A stretch of DNA of 63,780 nucleotides, counting the filler, from Squatina squatina (Eukaryota): assembly GCA_031763465.1 (NCBI GenBank). It is 3 parts of 3 records of this genome, joined end to end, with 100 filler letters (N's around TTAATTAATTAA, not from the genome) between each part and the next. Parts side by side here need not be neighbours in the genome. Positions count along the whole stretch, not along the records: positions 41,705 to 63,780 come from JARFOE010000001.1; 2 more parts are not named here. The stretch is one strand, 5' to 3'. Positions 50,840-61,575 of this stretch are shown here, piece by piece (within the stretch, counting starts at the first letter, position 1; every line of letters begins with the position of its first letter). The notes beneath the pieces were generated by a model. The model saw only the letters and a list, made by a program, of their open reading frames with translations. It was not told the origin of the DNA and searched no databases. The position numbers and the translations under genes were made by a program.

Positions 50840-51577
50840 TTCAATACCGTGAGCTTTAATTTTAGCTATCAGTCTCTTATGTGGAACCTTATCAAATGCC
50901 TTCTGGAAGTCCATATTACCACATCCATAGTCATTCCCCTGTCTACTACTTTAGTTATTCATTCAAAAAATTAAATTAGGTTTGTTAGACATGACCTGCC
51001 CTTTACAATTCCATGTTGGCTCTCTCTATTCAGCTCAAATTTCTCTAAGTGCTCAATCACTCTGTCCTTAATTATTGATTCCAATAACTTCCCCACAACG
51101 GATGTTAGACTAACAGGTCCATAATTTCTTGGTTTCTCTCTCACACCTTTCTAAAATAATGGAGTTACATTTGCAATTTTCCAATCCAAAGGAACAATTC
51201 CTGAATCATGGGGGCTTTGGAAGATTATGGCTAAAGCATCTGCAATTTCCTCACTTACTTCCTTTAAACCCTGGAGTGGAAACCATCAGGTCCTGGATAT
51301 TTGACAGTCTTTAGTGTTATTTTTCTCATAATGTTTTCTTGATTATGTTAACTTTAGTGAGTTCCAGTCCTTGATTCCTCAATATTTTCTGTGGAATGTC
51401 AGGTATATTATCCTTTTCCTTTACTGTGAAGTGTGACATAAAGTAGTTATTCAACAAGTCTGCCATTTCTTCATTTTCATTTGCAATATTACCCCCATCT
51501 ATTATTAAATGGCCCGCATTATGCTTGACTACCCTTTTTCTTCTAATATAATTGCAGAAACTTTTTGTGCTAATCAT
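50840..51577 (-). mobile_element. CR1 LINE ORF2 fragment
   Basis: MDFQKAFDKVPHKRLIAKIKAHGI; NYGPVSLTSVVGKLLESII; EEMADLLNNYF. Confidence 0.88.
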
Positions 51578-51966
51578 CCAGGTTTTATAAGAATTGGGGT
51601 GTTATATCAAGTTATATCATCAAAAATGGCTTTAGAATTAGAAGCATTAGGAAGGGGGCCCACTTTCTAGTCATACCAAGAAGGGGTCTCTGAATCTCGC
51701 AATACTTTGAGGGAGTACCGAGGTCTGGGAGCACTGGAAGAGTGTTGCAAGGTCTAGAGGCACTATGAAGATAGGTTCTGGGAAATTTGAGACAATTCTC
51801 AGGGTCTGTGACAACTGGGAGAGGGATACCATGATCTGAGCATTGGGGAAGGAAGCTTCATGGTCTNNNNNNNNNNNNNNNNNNNNNNNNNNNNNNNNNN
51901 NNNNNNNNNNNNNNNNNNNNNNNNNNNNNNNNNNNNNNNNNNNNNNNNNNNNNNNNNNNNNNNNNN

Positions 51967-52050
51967 CGTGCCTGTGGAGAGAAAAACCGAGTTAACGTTT
52001 CGGGTCGATGACCCTTCGTCAGGACTGAAAAAAGCCAGAAATACAGGAAG
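51967..52050 (-). mobile_element. Penelope-type terminal repeat
   Basis: Same family as 28692-28915; contains the best-preserved hammerhead core. Confidence 0.7.
51989..52028 (-). ncRNA. Putative minimal type I hammerhead ribozyme
   Basis: Minus-strand RNA: CAGUC CUGACGA A GGGUC AUC GACCC GAAA CG UU AACUC. Both catalytic boxes are intact, stem II has 5 bp, the stem III region is the palindrome ACGU, and stem I is AGUc/aACU. Confidence 0.6.
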
Positions 52051-53007
52051 AATACATCTTGTGTTTGGATGTTGTTAACGAAAGCTTTAATGAAAGCTGG
52101 AATTGATGTCTGCATTTTCCATTTGTGTTGTACGTTTGTATTCTCGCCTTATTTTGGGAAGAGAAGCATGAGCTTGGCAAATGGTCTGCTTTCATTGTCT
52201 GTTTCTTACTGGCTGTTTCTCTCGGGTGTTTGAATTGCTTATGTTTTAAGTTTACATATTGAAGTCAGATACTTCCAGGTTTGAGTTGCTAACTTGCTTC
52301 TTACAAAAAGGAAGGGCACATAAAGTTCAGTTGGAATTTAAGAATTACATTACCTGAGCTTTGTTGCCAATTTGTAAGGGAATTGAGGGATATGAGAAGC
52401 CTACTTTAAATCACTATGAGCATGTACTTCAAAGATGAATTTAAGAAATTAATATTTTTGGGGCATTGCTGGTTGGATTTTGCAAGTATTGTGCCTTCCC
52501 ACAGTTTTTAACTTCTGAATAATTAGCATTTTGTTACAAACATGATTTTTACTTCTCCTTCATTCTTTCTGTATTGTGATTCTGGTGATGCAGCTATTTT
52601 CATAGTCCATGTAATATTATAAACTACTGAGGTAAAATCTAACTTTCTTTCCCATTTCTTATTATAGGTTGAAGCATTTTTCATGTCATAAGATGGGCTA
52701 TCCTTGCAGTATTGAAATTCAGACCCTGACACAAAAATGTTCAAAGAACATTTGAAGAAAGGAAACACTTTTATTTCTGGTGGTTCGTCACAGCAGGTGA
52801 TTGATTTTTATTGGAGATGGTGAAAATGTTATATATATTAAAAAAAAATGAAATTCTTCTATTGGAGTGTTGCAGGTGATTGCTCAAGCTTGAATTAGAA
52901 AACTGACCTACAGTACTGGATAAGAAACAAAAGAGCTAATGCAGCACAGCTTACTTTCAGAAATCCATGTTTTAAAATCTGAAATTTAAACAACGTTTAA
53001 AAAAAAA

Positions 53008-53170
53008 ATGCAGCTTAAATGGTTAAGAGTGCTGCTGCCAAAAATGGAAGATCTCCCAGGGAAGGAGAGTTTTGCTTGTATTGCTTCAGAAGTCTCCATG
53101 AAGTGTGGTACTGGAAGAAAGCAGACTGCAAGAAAGACCATGGCAATCAAGAGTCATTTGAGTGCTAACA
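53008..53170 (+). CDS. Possible N-terminus of ZNF518B; downstream continuity lost
   Basis: MQLKWLRVLLPKME resembles my recollection of non-mammalian ZNF518B starts. It lies on the right strand upstream of the main ORF, after a candidate acceptor gtgttgcag at 52875. No zinc fingers follow. Confidence 0.35.
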
Positions 53171-53936
53171 GGCAACAGTCAAAACAAAATTTGAAAATAA
53201 GTAAAGAGAGAATAGAAATCTGTGATCACGTAGCAGGATGTGGAAAAGAGATAAATGAAATGTTAATGTTTTGTGTTGTTTTGTTTTGTCTATTTGATGG
53301 CAAAATGACAGCCAGTCTCAAATGTAACAAGTAACTCTTGTTCTCATTCTCTTAACTCCAAACTTTCCCTCAGGATCAAAGGTGTCACTCCGCATCTGAC
53401 ACCAGTCTTTTCAAGGAGACACGTACCTTCCCTAATCCAGCCCATTCAAGCCTATTCCCTAATCCCTTCCCCGTATATTGATTAGTGTTTCCTCTTACTC
53501 CATTCTGGAGATTTTCATTGATTCTCATGGCACTGGGCTCACACCCCCAGATGGTCTGTCTCTAAAGAAATTTTTCAATTTATACAGTGTCTTTCACAAC
53601 TCAGGACATGCCAAAGCACTTGACAGCCAATTAAGTTGTTATATATTAGGAATAAGGTTTTGACTTTGCTTTGTACAACTACGGCAACTCCAATGTGGGA
53701 GTATAAAGCCCGCCTCTCTTTCTCCAGTGACTCCTAGTGCTCACCTGAGTTCAGACGAGCTGGGGGTTCCTGCCTGGAGCTCAGAGCAGGGCTGGTCGAT
53801 GTAAACCAAGTGTATAGTTCCCAACCTAGACATAGTNNNNNNNNNNNNNNNNNNNNNNNNNNNNNNNNNNNNNNNNNNNNNNNNNNNNNNNNNNNNNNNN
53901 NNNNNNNNNNNNNNNNNNNNNNNNNNNNNNNNNNNN

Positions 53937-56420
53937 CACAGAGACATCATAAAAAATGGTGGATCTGTGCTCGTTCTACCCATGAGGAAAGGCTGCAAGA
54001 AGAAGGCTTTCTCCAAACTTAAGAATACCCTAAAAGTTCAACGAAGACCAACTACTCAAAATGAGAATTCTGTTAATGTCGGCCTACACAATCAGCTTGC
54101 AGATACCGAAGCGTTGGCTCCTAATCCCAATAGCACTTCTTGTAAAGTGCAAGACTTGGATATTGCTGTTCTTCCACAGACGGGTACAAACAATGCCAGT
54201 GAAAATAAAAACATGGATAAATCAACTGTAGAATATACTAAACATTTGAATTGCTCCCCCACTGATGCTAGAAAGATTCAGCTACAGGTACTTGCATCTT
54301 GTAAACACGCTGTTCAGCCTGGTACTCCATTAACGCTGGTTGCTCCAGCACAGGTGGTTATTCCTTCTAACTGCTTGGCTCAGCTAATTGAAATAAAAAC
54401 TGTTGATGGGAAACAGCAGTTGGTGTTCAAACTAATACCACAGGTTTCAGCAGCCTCTTGCTCTCTGCTTGGAACTGGTGCATCAGAAATAACTACACTT
54501 CCGTCACAAGAAATGCAACATGTTGTGGACACAGAAATTGCACAGCCACAAAAGAACAGTATGTCAAGTCACCCGCCTACATTACTGACACAAATTGTGG
54601 ATCACAAAAATGAATTACATCATGTAGATCCTATGAATGAAGTTGTTGATGCTGAACAGAAGAGTATGGGAATAAACACGGAGATGCTTTTTTCAAACCC
54701 TCCATCTCCAGTTGATGTAGAACCTATGGCTAGCAACTCTTCCAGATTGGAAAGTGGAAACAAAGGCAGTTCAAAACAGAACCCGAGTATAGTTGCAGAA
54801 CAGCCGCAAGGCAGAGAACCAACAGCAACTGACCTAACTTGGGGTTCACAACAGAATCCCCTTGTATCTCCAGATGTTTTGGGAGAAGTGGTGCATTGTC
54901 TTCAGCAAGGTGCTATAGGCAGCAAAACCACTGTGAAGGATTTGAATGCAGATACCCAAGAGATACTCCGTCAAGTTGACGAGAAATCCTTAACTTTTTC
55001 TGGATCTAAAGAAACACAGAAAAGTAAAAACTCATATTTAACTTCTGAAATTGTTGACAGTAGAGGACATGAATCTGTTTTAAAGGGATCAGGATTCAAT
55101 GACAAAACTGCAGATTACATTGATGAAGTTATCTCCAAAGCAACTTTTAAGAAGTCTTTTGTACAATTGTCTAAGGCTGTGCCAGTGTTGTCAGATAAAA
55201 ATATGCATTTGTGTGATTCTCAAATACTGATAGACTCCAGTTGCAAAACTCCTATCAAATCCGTTGAATCTTTGCCAACTTATACACACCTTTGTATTGC
55301 ATCTCGCTGTACACAACTTGATGTTGGTAAGACTTCAGCTTTGCAGATATCTCCTACCTTGTCCAGCAACGATACAACTCTAGCTTCTAAAAACAGCGAT
55401 CGTCAAATTACACCTAACTGTTCATCTGTAAAACAAACCAGAATTGNNNNNNNNNNNNNNNNNNNNNNTTTGGAATGTCAGCATACTGGTATTGATGAGC
55501 AACCCACTAATCCTGAAGCTTGTAAACATCCATTTGAATGTCACAGTATGTGCTCTGCTACAATACAGAATCATAGTAATGCATCTGCATCATCCTTACT
55601 TGCTCAAGATCGTAATGAAGTACCCTGTGTTAGCAATTCACATCCTACATTGGGAAAGTGTGAAAACAGCAGGAAGAAACCACATTTGCCTCTTCAGCAA
55701 TCAAATGCATTGGAGCTGAGAAAAATTAATGCAAATGATAATGAAATTAAATCAGGATACAGCAGTCAGATTTTGGTTACAAAGGCACATGATCAGAATT
55801 TACAAAAAAAAGCTATTGGTTCAAGTACAGCAGGAGCTCTTACTAATTCGCTTACCACTGTATCTACAAACAGTTCGACATTCACGAGTGAAATACTGTC
55901 ACCATTGCATGATAAGAGTGAATTAACTAAGGATTTTTCATTTTTTGTCCCTGATAGGCAGTATGCACAGGACACATCACAAGACAATGTAATTAATACA
56001 GACTTCGGTGATTTCAGTAATCCGTGTGATCTAGATAAGTCCACCGATGACCAATGGCCTATAATTTCTTCAGTATTTTCTCTTAGCTGTGGTGCAAATG
56101 ATGTTCCAGACAGTATTCGATGGGATAATGACCAAGACAACAATTGTACTTCATTCACTTCTGCACAAGAGATCCTGAAAGTTAACCTATGTTCTCTGGT
56201 TCAGACAGATAGTAAAAGTCTCGAGAAAAATGAATCAAGTAAAAGCTGTTATATAAGTGAATCATTAAGTCACAAGAATCCAGTATGTGCGTCAAGGTCT
56301 GAAAATAGAAACCTCAGTACAACATCAGTTCGGTCAGTAAGTGGAAGCCCATTCCAGTTGTCCAGTGCTAATAACTTGGCTGAGTCTCTTCCGTTACTGC
56401 CACCAGTGTCGCCTGTTTAG
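53937..56420 (+). CDS. ZNF518B: ZNF518B central coding region (open from the gap; ends at an in-frame TAG)
   Basis: VQPGTPLTLVAPAQVVIPSNCLAQLIEIKTVDGKQQLVFKLIP and WPIISSVFSLSCGANDVPDSIRWD are ZNF518B-type conserved blocks within a long Ser/Thr-rich ORF. Linked to WDR1. Confidence 0.82.
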   Translation, partial: HRDIIKNGGSVLVLPMRKGCKKKAFSKLKNTLKVQRRPTTQNENSVNVGLHNQLADTEALAPNPNSTSCKVQDLDIAVLPQTGTNNASENKNMDKSTVEYTKHLNCSPTDARKIQLQVLASCKHAVQPGTPLTLVAPAQVVIPSNCLAQLIEIKTVDGKQQLVFKLIPQVSAASCSLLGTGASEITTLPSQEMQHVVDTEIAQPQKNSMSSHPPTLLTQIVDHKNELHHVDPMNEVVDAEQKSMGINTEMLFSNPPSPVDVEPMASNSSRLESGNKGSSKQNPSIVAEQPQGREPTATDLTWGSQQNPLVSPDVLGEVVHCLQQGAIGSKTTVKDLNADTQEILRQVDEKSLTFSGSKETQKSKNSYLTSEIVDSRGHESVLKGSGFNDKTADYIDEVISKATFKKSFVQLSKAVPVLSDKNMHLCDSQILIDSSCKTPIKSVESLPTYTHLCIASRCTQLDVGKTSALQISPTLSSNDTTLASKNSDRQITPNCSSVKQTRIXXXXXXXXLECQHTGIDEQPTNPEACKHPFECHSMCSATIQNHSNASASSLLAQDRNEVPCVSNSHPTLGKCENSRKKPHLPLQQSNALELRKINANDNEIKSGYSSQILVTKAHDQNLQKKAIGSSTAGALTNSLTTVSTNSSTFTSEILSPLHDKSELTKDFSFFVPDRQYAQDTSQDNVINTDFGDFSNPCDLDKSTDDQWPIISSVFSLSCGANDVPDSIRWDNDQDNNCTSFTSAQEILKVNLCSLVQTDSKSLEKNESSKSCYISESLSHKNPVCASRSENRNLSTTSVRSVSGSPFQLSSANNLAESLPLLPPVSPV

Positions 56421-56550
56421 ATTCAAGATAGTTCTTCTGCAAATCAGTTTNNNNNNNNNNNNNNNNNNNNNNNNNNNNNNNNNNNNNNNNNNNNNNNNNN
56501 NNNNNNNNNNNNNNNNNNNNNNNNNNNNNNNNNNNNNNNNNNNNNNNNNN

Positions 56551-56940
56551 GGGTTTGTGTGGTTGGATAGGGAGGCCCATGGAGGGATTTGATTTACGAG
56601 AATTTTGAAATCGAGGCATTGCTTAACCGGGAGCCAATGTAGGTCAGCGAGCACAGGGGTGATGGGCGAGCGAGACTTGGTGTGAGTTAGGGCACAGGCT
56701 GCTGAGTTTTGGATGACCTCAAGTTTATGTAGGGCAGAATGTGGGAGGCCAGCCAGGAGTGCATTGGAATAGTCGAGTCCAGAGGTAACAAAGGCATGGG
56801 TGAGGGTTTCAATAGCGGATGAGCTGAGGCAATGCTAGAGACGGGCGATGTTACAGAGGAGGAAATAGGCGGTCTTAGTTATGCTGCGGCTATGTGCTCG
56901 GAAGCTCATTTCAGGGTTGACTATGATACCAGGGTTACCA
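56551..56940 (-). mobile_element. L2-clade LINE ORF2 C-terminal fragment
   Basis: The minus strand reads THAFVTSGLDYSNALLAGLP...IQNSAACALTHTK...PVLADLHWLPVKQCLDFKIL. Confidence 0.85.
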
Positions 56941-57261
56941 AAATACTTGTTTAACACGTATTGCAGATTTGTTGAAGGATAAAATATTTCCTTATTGCTT
57001 GACTGTCATTAAAAAAAATCTATATTTTTTTTGGCGAACTCTACGTGGATTCGGGTGAGGGATGTCAGTGCTGAGAAACAGAACCGTTACTCACTGAAAC
57101 TCAGCAGTAAGGGCTCCCAGCTCAGGTGCAGTGTAAGCTAGAAATATTAACCCAAAAATTACAGCCCATAATTTTTTAAATAGGTTAATGCCCCTGTTAA
57201 AACAGTGGAGACAGGAGGTTGATGCAAATCTTCATATGATAAGATTGCCAATGGTCACTTC

Positions 57262-57490
57262 AAATAACAACAGTTTGTATTTCTATAGCACCTTTAACAT
57301 AGTAAAATGTCCCAAGGCGCTTCACAGGAGAGTTATCAAACAAAATTTGACACCGAGTCACTTAAGGAGGAATTAGGGCAGATGACCAAAAGCTTGGTCA
57401 AAATAATAGGTTTTACGGAGTGCCTTAAAGGAGGAAAAAGAGGCAGAGAGGATTAGGGAGGGAGTTCCAGAGCTTAGGGCCTCAGCAGCC
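57262..57490 (-). mobile_element. L2 3' tail
   Basis: aacaacagtttgtatttctatagcacctttaacatagtaaaatgtcccaaggcgcttcacagg...gaccaaaagcttggtcaa. Confidence 0.75.
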
Positions 57491-57924
57491 TTTAATGTAT
57501 TGTCCCAACAAGTGCTTTTAACCCACTCTCAGCAGAGGACCTGCACTGCGCAAATGTCACATTCCTATTTGCCGCACTACAGGTAGCAACATTTCTCTCA
57601 GTGTGATTGCCCAATTATGGGCAGTGGTTTGAGACTGCCCAAACTCATCTCACTCAGCATTCCCATGTCAGAGAGATGTAACAACCCTCAGTCAGGGCTA
57701 GAATCAAACCCAGCATCCGAGAGGCAAAAAGGAAATGAAGGGGTTCAAACTGATTGCACCTTTCAATCATCCACCGTACAGATGCTATTTATCCCCTCAG
57801 TCTGTCTGGGCAAGAAGTGAAAGGCCAGTGCTCTACACTCAGAGTAAGACTGGGGTTGTCGTACATTCATACACCGAGAAGAGCCAGTTGTGCACAGCTT
57901 GAGGACAAATACATTGAATAGAAC

Positions 57925-58125
57925 TCAACAACAATAACTTGCATTTAGAAAGCTTCTTTAAAATAGTGAAACGTCTCAAGGTGCTTTACAGGAGTGTTAT
58001 AAGACAAGGTTTGACACCGAGCCACATAAACAGATATTAGGACAGGTAACCAAAAGCTTGGTCAACGAGGTAGGTTCTAAGGAGTGTCTTAAAGGAGGAG
58101 AGAGAGATAAAGAGGCTTCGGGAGG
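57925..58125 (-). mobile_element. L2 3' tail, second copy
   Basis: Homologous to 57262-57490. Confidence 0.75.
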
Positions 58126-58174
58126 ACCTGAAGTGACACCATGATGCTATATCCCAGTGACATCGTGAATAGCA

Positions 58175-60361
58175 ATGGTGGTCTGTGGACAGCAACTGCC
58201 ATTCACAGTGTCAAAGGAGTGTTCCACACAAACGAATAGTTTTGTACCGAGAATAAAATCAAGTAGTGTGCCTAGCGCTACTGGGAATCCTTTAACTGGT
58301 GTGATGCAGATCTACCAAACTAAAGTCTTCTCACCGGCAAAACTTAATGTTTTTCCAAATGTATCCCCAGAAGGCGTATCCTTTCAAAATAAATCACTGC
58401 CAAATACTTTTTCAGATATAGATGGGCTTGGGAAACCTTCAGTTTCACACAGCTTCAGTAGTGCCTTTTTAATTACATCTGCTCCCTCTGGAGTAACCCC
58501 AAATGATTTCAAACAGCAAGTTTCAACTTTGGTAAATTCAGAAATAGTAGTTCAGAAGCAGTCGCCAGTGGCACTTGCAAAGATTTGTGAACCAAGTGTT
58601 AACAGTTCTGAGGGACAACCTTCCCATCAGAATGTTTGTCATTCCTCCGAAGAGCTACAAGCAGATACACCTACAACTAGCATGGCATCCTCTTCGAAAG
58701 TCTGCCACCAGCTTAGTTTGCAAAACAAAGTCTCTTTGTTTCCTTCAAGCTGCAATCCATGTACAGATCCTAAAAATGTTAACTCTACTGATGCTGTTGA
58801 GAAAATTGAACTTGTACCTTGTAGCCTTGGCCAAACTGTGCAGCTCACAGAAAATGTAACACTTCCATCAACAGTAAGACTACAGAGTATTTCATTGTCA
58901 ACCCCATCTGTTGCAGACAGCCAAAGCAATCACACCAAAGTTCAATTAAAGCCTCATAGTAAAATCAACAAAACGCATTCTGTTTCACCTTCTAGTATCT
59001 GTCAAAGTAGGTGCTTTCATAAAGCTGCAGATGATGCATCTAACCAGACTGAATATGCATTAGATCTTAATTTTCAAAATGCTGCTGAAATTGAGAACAG
59101 TGTACCAAATTCTCGTCGTGAAAATGGTTCTGGAAATGACATGGGTCAAGATGTGCCAAATCTGCTTTTCCCACAACTACAGTCCAAATCAGAAATTTTT
59201 TCACGTATTTCTGCATTTGCACTCTGTTCTACAAAAAAGCAAGTTAATCTTGAAAACACACCACCTCCTCATTACTTAGTAAAAGATGCTGACTATTCTA
59301 AACATGAAACGACTTACAAGGTTGTTTCAAGTGGTATTGTGCTTAGAGTACTGAACGCTGCTGACGACTACAAACAAAAAGCTTCTACTGTAAGTTGTCA
59401 ATCCATCAACCAGTCACACAACTTAATGTTGTGTTCGATACCAGTTTCATGTAGCATGGCAGGAACATCAGAATTACAAGCATTGTCTGTGGCAAAGAAG
59501 CAAAAAATTTGTGCCAAACCTGATTCAATAAATAATTGCTGTCCTAAGGCAAAATACCAGGAAAACCGTAATTGTGATCAATCTTCTGTTTCGGTTGACA
59601 GACCAAACACATGGAACACTATTTCAGTTAAGACAGCTGCTTGCCAGAAATCTCGACTCTCAAAGTCCAGTGCTGGTGAACAATTACCTTTGAAATGGAA
59701 AAATACCAGAAAAAGAAAATCTGATAACATTCAGGATGATTTCCTATTTAAAAAGATACAAAAACAAGAGAGTCTCGTTACTGATAACTGTGAGTTATTA
59801 AAGATTGCCCGCAAACTGAGGCTCAAACCATTTAGTGAAAGTCAGTTGGTGAAATGCCCTCGCCGCAATCAGCCTGTAGTTGTGCTAAACCATCCAGATG
59901 TAGATGTTGAAGAGGTAGCTAACGTAATGCAAACAATAACCAAGTACAGAGGTCATGTACTCAAAGTAGTTTTATCTGAAAGAACTGTTATTTCTCTCAA
60001 TTTAAAGAAAAAGCATCAAAGACAGGAATTTGGTGGAAACCAAGGCATTTTTCTTGATAAATGGCATAACTGCAAGGTAGTCAGTCCAGTGAAGGAAAGG
60101 CATATGTTGAAAATCAAACTAAAAAAGATTCATAAAAATAATTATCAGATAGTAAAAACTGTTCAAAATGAACAGTTGCAGTTTAAGTTTCACTGTTGGT
60201 TTTGTGGGCGGATGTTTTGTGATCAAGAAGAATGGATTGCTCATGGACAGCGCCATTTAATGGAAGCCACCCGGGACTGGAATGATGTTACTACTGTTCA
60301 AGAAACTACAGAAAGTGAAGCTGAAGAATTGTATGTGGAAAGGAAATCTGATACGGAATGA
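58175..60361 (+). CDS. ZNF518B: ZNF518B C-terminal coding region with terminal C2H2-type finger (true 5' boundary uncertain)
   Basis: [19 protein letters not shown]...[11 protein letters not shown]...[16 protein letters not shown]...[32 protein letters not shown] is the ZNF518 family C-terminus. Stop TGA at 60359-60361. Confidence 0.9.
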   Translation: MVVCGQQLPFTVSKECSTQTNSFVPRIKSSSVPSATGNPLTGVMQIYQTKVFSPAKLNVFPNVSPEGVSFQNKSLPNTFSDIDGLGKPSVSHSFSSAFLITSAPSGVTPNDFKQQVSTLVNSEIVVQKQSPVALAKICEPSVNSSEGQPSHQNVCHSSEELQADTPTTSMASSSKVCHQLSLQNKVSLFPSSCNPCTDPKNVNSTDAVEKIELVPCSLGQTVQLTENVTLPSTVRLQSISLSTPSVADSQSNHTKVQLKPHSKINKTHSVSPSSICQSRCFHKAADDASNQTEYALDLNFQNAAEIENSVPNSRRENGSGNDMGQDVPNLLFPQLQSKSEIFSRISAFALCSTKKQVNLENTPPPHYLVKDADYSKHETTYKVVSSGIVLRVLNAADDYKQKASTVSCQSINQSHNLMLCSIPVSCSMAGTSELQALSVAKKQKICAKPDSINNCCPKAKYQENRNCDQSSVSVDRPNTWNTISVKTAACQKSRLSKSSAGEQLPLKWKNTRKRKSDNIQDDFLFKKIQKQESLVTDNCELLKIARKLRLKPFSESQLVKCPRRNQPVVVLNHPDVDVEEVANVMQTITKYRGHVLKVVLSERTVISLNLKKKHQRQEFGGNQGIFLDKWHNCKVVSPVKERHMLKIKLKKIHKNNYQIVKTVQNEQLQFKFHCWFCGRMFCDQEEWIAHGQRHLMEATRDWNDVTTVQETTESEAEELYVERKSDTE

Positions 60362-60999
60362 CAGGCCAGGGAATTACAGATCCTGAGTTTTAAGATCCTG
60401 AGTTAGTTTGGGCCCAGAATATACACTAGTGTACACAAGTTCAAAATGAACAAGGGACTACTGTAAGTGACTCATTCATCTTGGCTCACTTGTTGGCTTG
60501 AAATCTCTAAATGTTCCTTTTTGCCATACTGATGTAAATAAAATGGACCTTTTTAGCAGTGAAAGATATGCTGACTGCAAACTACTGTTCCTTGGTTACA
60601 GTGTGGGTTGAAGATGCGTCAAAAAGGAAGCGTTACTGTTTGTCATTAAAGATGTGCATTTGAATGATCTAATGTAATTGTACCAATTGGGAGAAATGAA
60701 GTAATTTTTAATTTTCATACTAACTTCTGAGTTTCAACATTTTGTAGACATGGATAAAACTAACTATTCTGAAACAAGTGCTATTTTTGTTTGTGTAACA
60801 TGTTTTAAAAAGCGCAGTGTAATTTTATTAACTCTTGAGTGTGCTTATTGAAAGATGGAATGTTCACTTCTGATGTATAGGGCCAGATGATTTGTACAGT
60901 GTGCACTATGTAGAGTGATCATTTGTAAAGTAGGTTATACACTTAATTGCGCTCAGAAATTTGATATTTTTTGCATATTGGTTGTTTGATATTGGTCTT

Positions 61000-61005
61000 A
61001 ATAAA
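61000..61005 (+). promoter_or_regulatory. Candidate ZNF518B poly(A) signal (another at 60537-60542)
   Basis: AATAAA at the end of an AT-rich, UTR-like stretch following the stop. Confidence 0.45.
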
Positions 61006-61575
61006 GAAAACCAGGAGAAATTTTCACTGACAAACACTGTCTTTCACTTGAGTTCATACATCTCACCACAGAATAATAGTTACATTCAATACTAGCGATA
61101 TTCAGGGCTTCTGCCAGCATATAGGAGATTAGAGAACCATCACGGAAATGTGATCAAAACTTTTCATTAAATGGCTAGACTGCCACTATGAAATACTTTT
61201 CCTGAACCTTGTGAGAAACCTTGCAAATAGTTTTATGCCATTAAATGTAGTTGGAAGGGGTATTGATTTGGTACTAGTATGGAATTTGACTAATTTGGAT
61301 ATTTAATTATTCTATAAATCAGTTTCTTACTTTGATAAATTTATGAACCAAGTTTAAAAAAAAAAGTAGAGAGTTATTGAGACTTCTACTTCACCATGAG
61401 AGTTTTATGTTTTTCTATGAGTTGCATGTTTTCCAATTTGCTTGTTCCAGCTCAGTTAGGACAATGTAACAACTGNNNNNNNNNNNNNNNNNNNNNNNNN
61501 NNNNNNNNNNNNNNNNNNNNNNNNNNNNNNNNNNNNNNNNNNNNNNNNNNNNNNNNNNNNNNNNNNNNNNNNNNN

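Noticed and set aside
51690-51865. Degenerate ~20-bp purine-rich periodicity
   Set aside because: Too diverged to define a unit; probably an old minisatellite.
5223-60361. A neuromuscular gene cluster SACS-SGCG-SYNE1-WDR1-ZNF518B
   Set aside because: Adjacency across the linkers is artificial; only SACS-SGCG and WDR1-ZNF518B are within-scaffold pairs.
60378-60404. Short direct duplication agatcctgagtt after the ZNF518B stop (similar ones near 31058 and 39606)
   Set aside because: Ordinary slippage duplications with no functional evidence.
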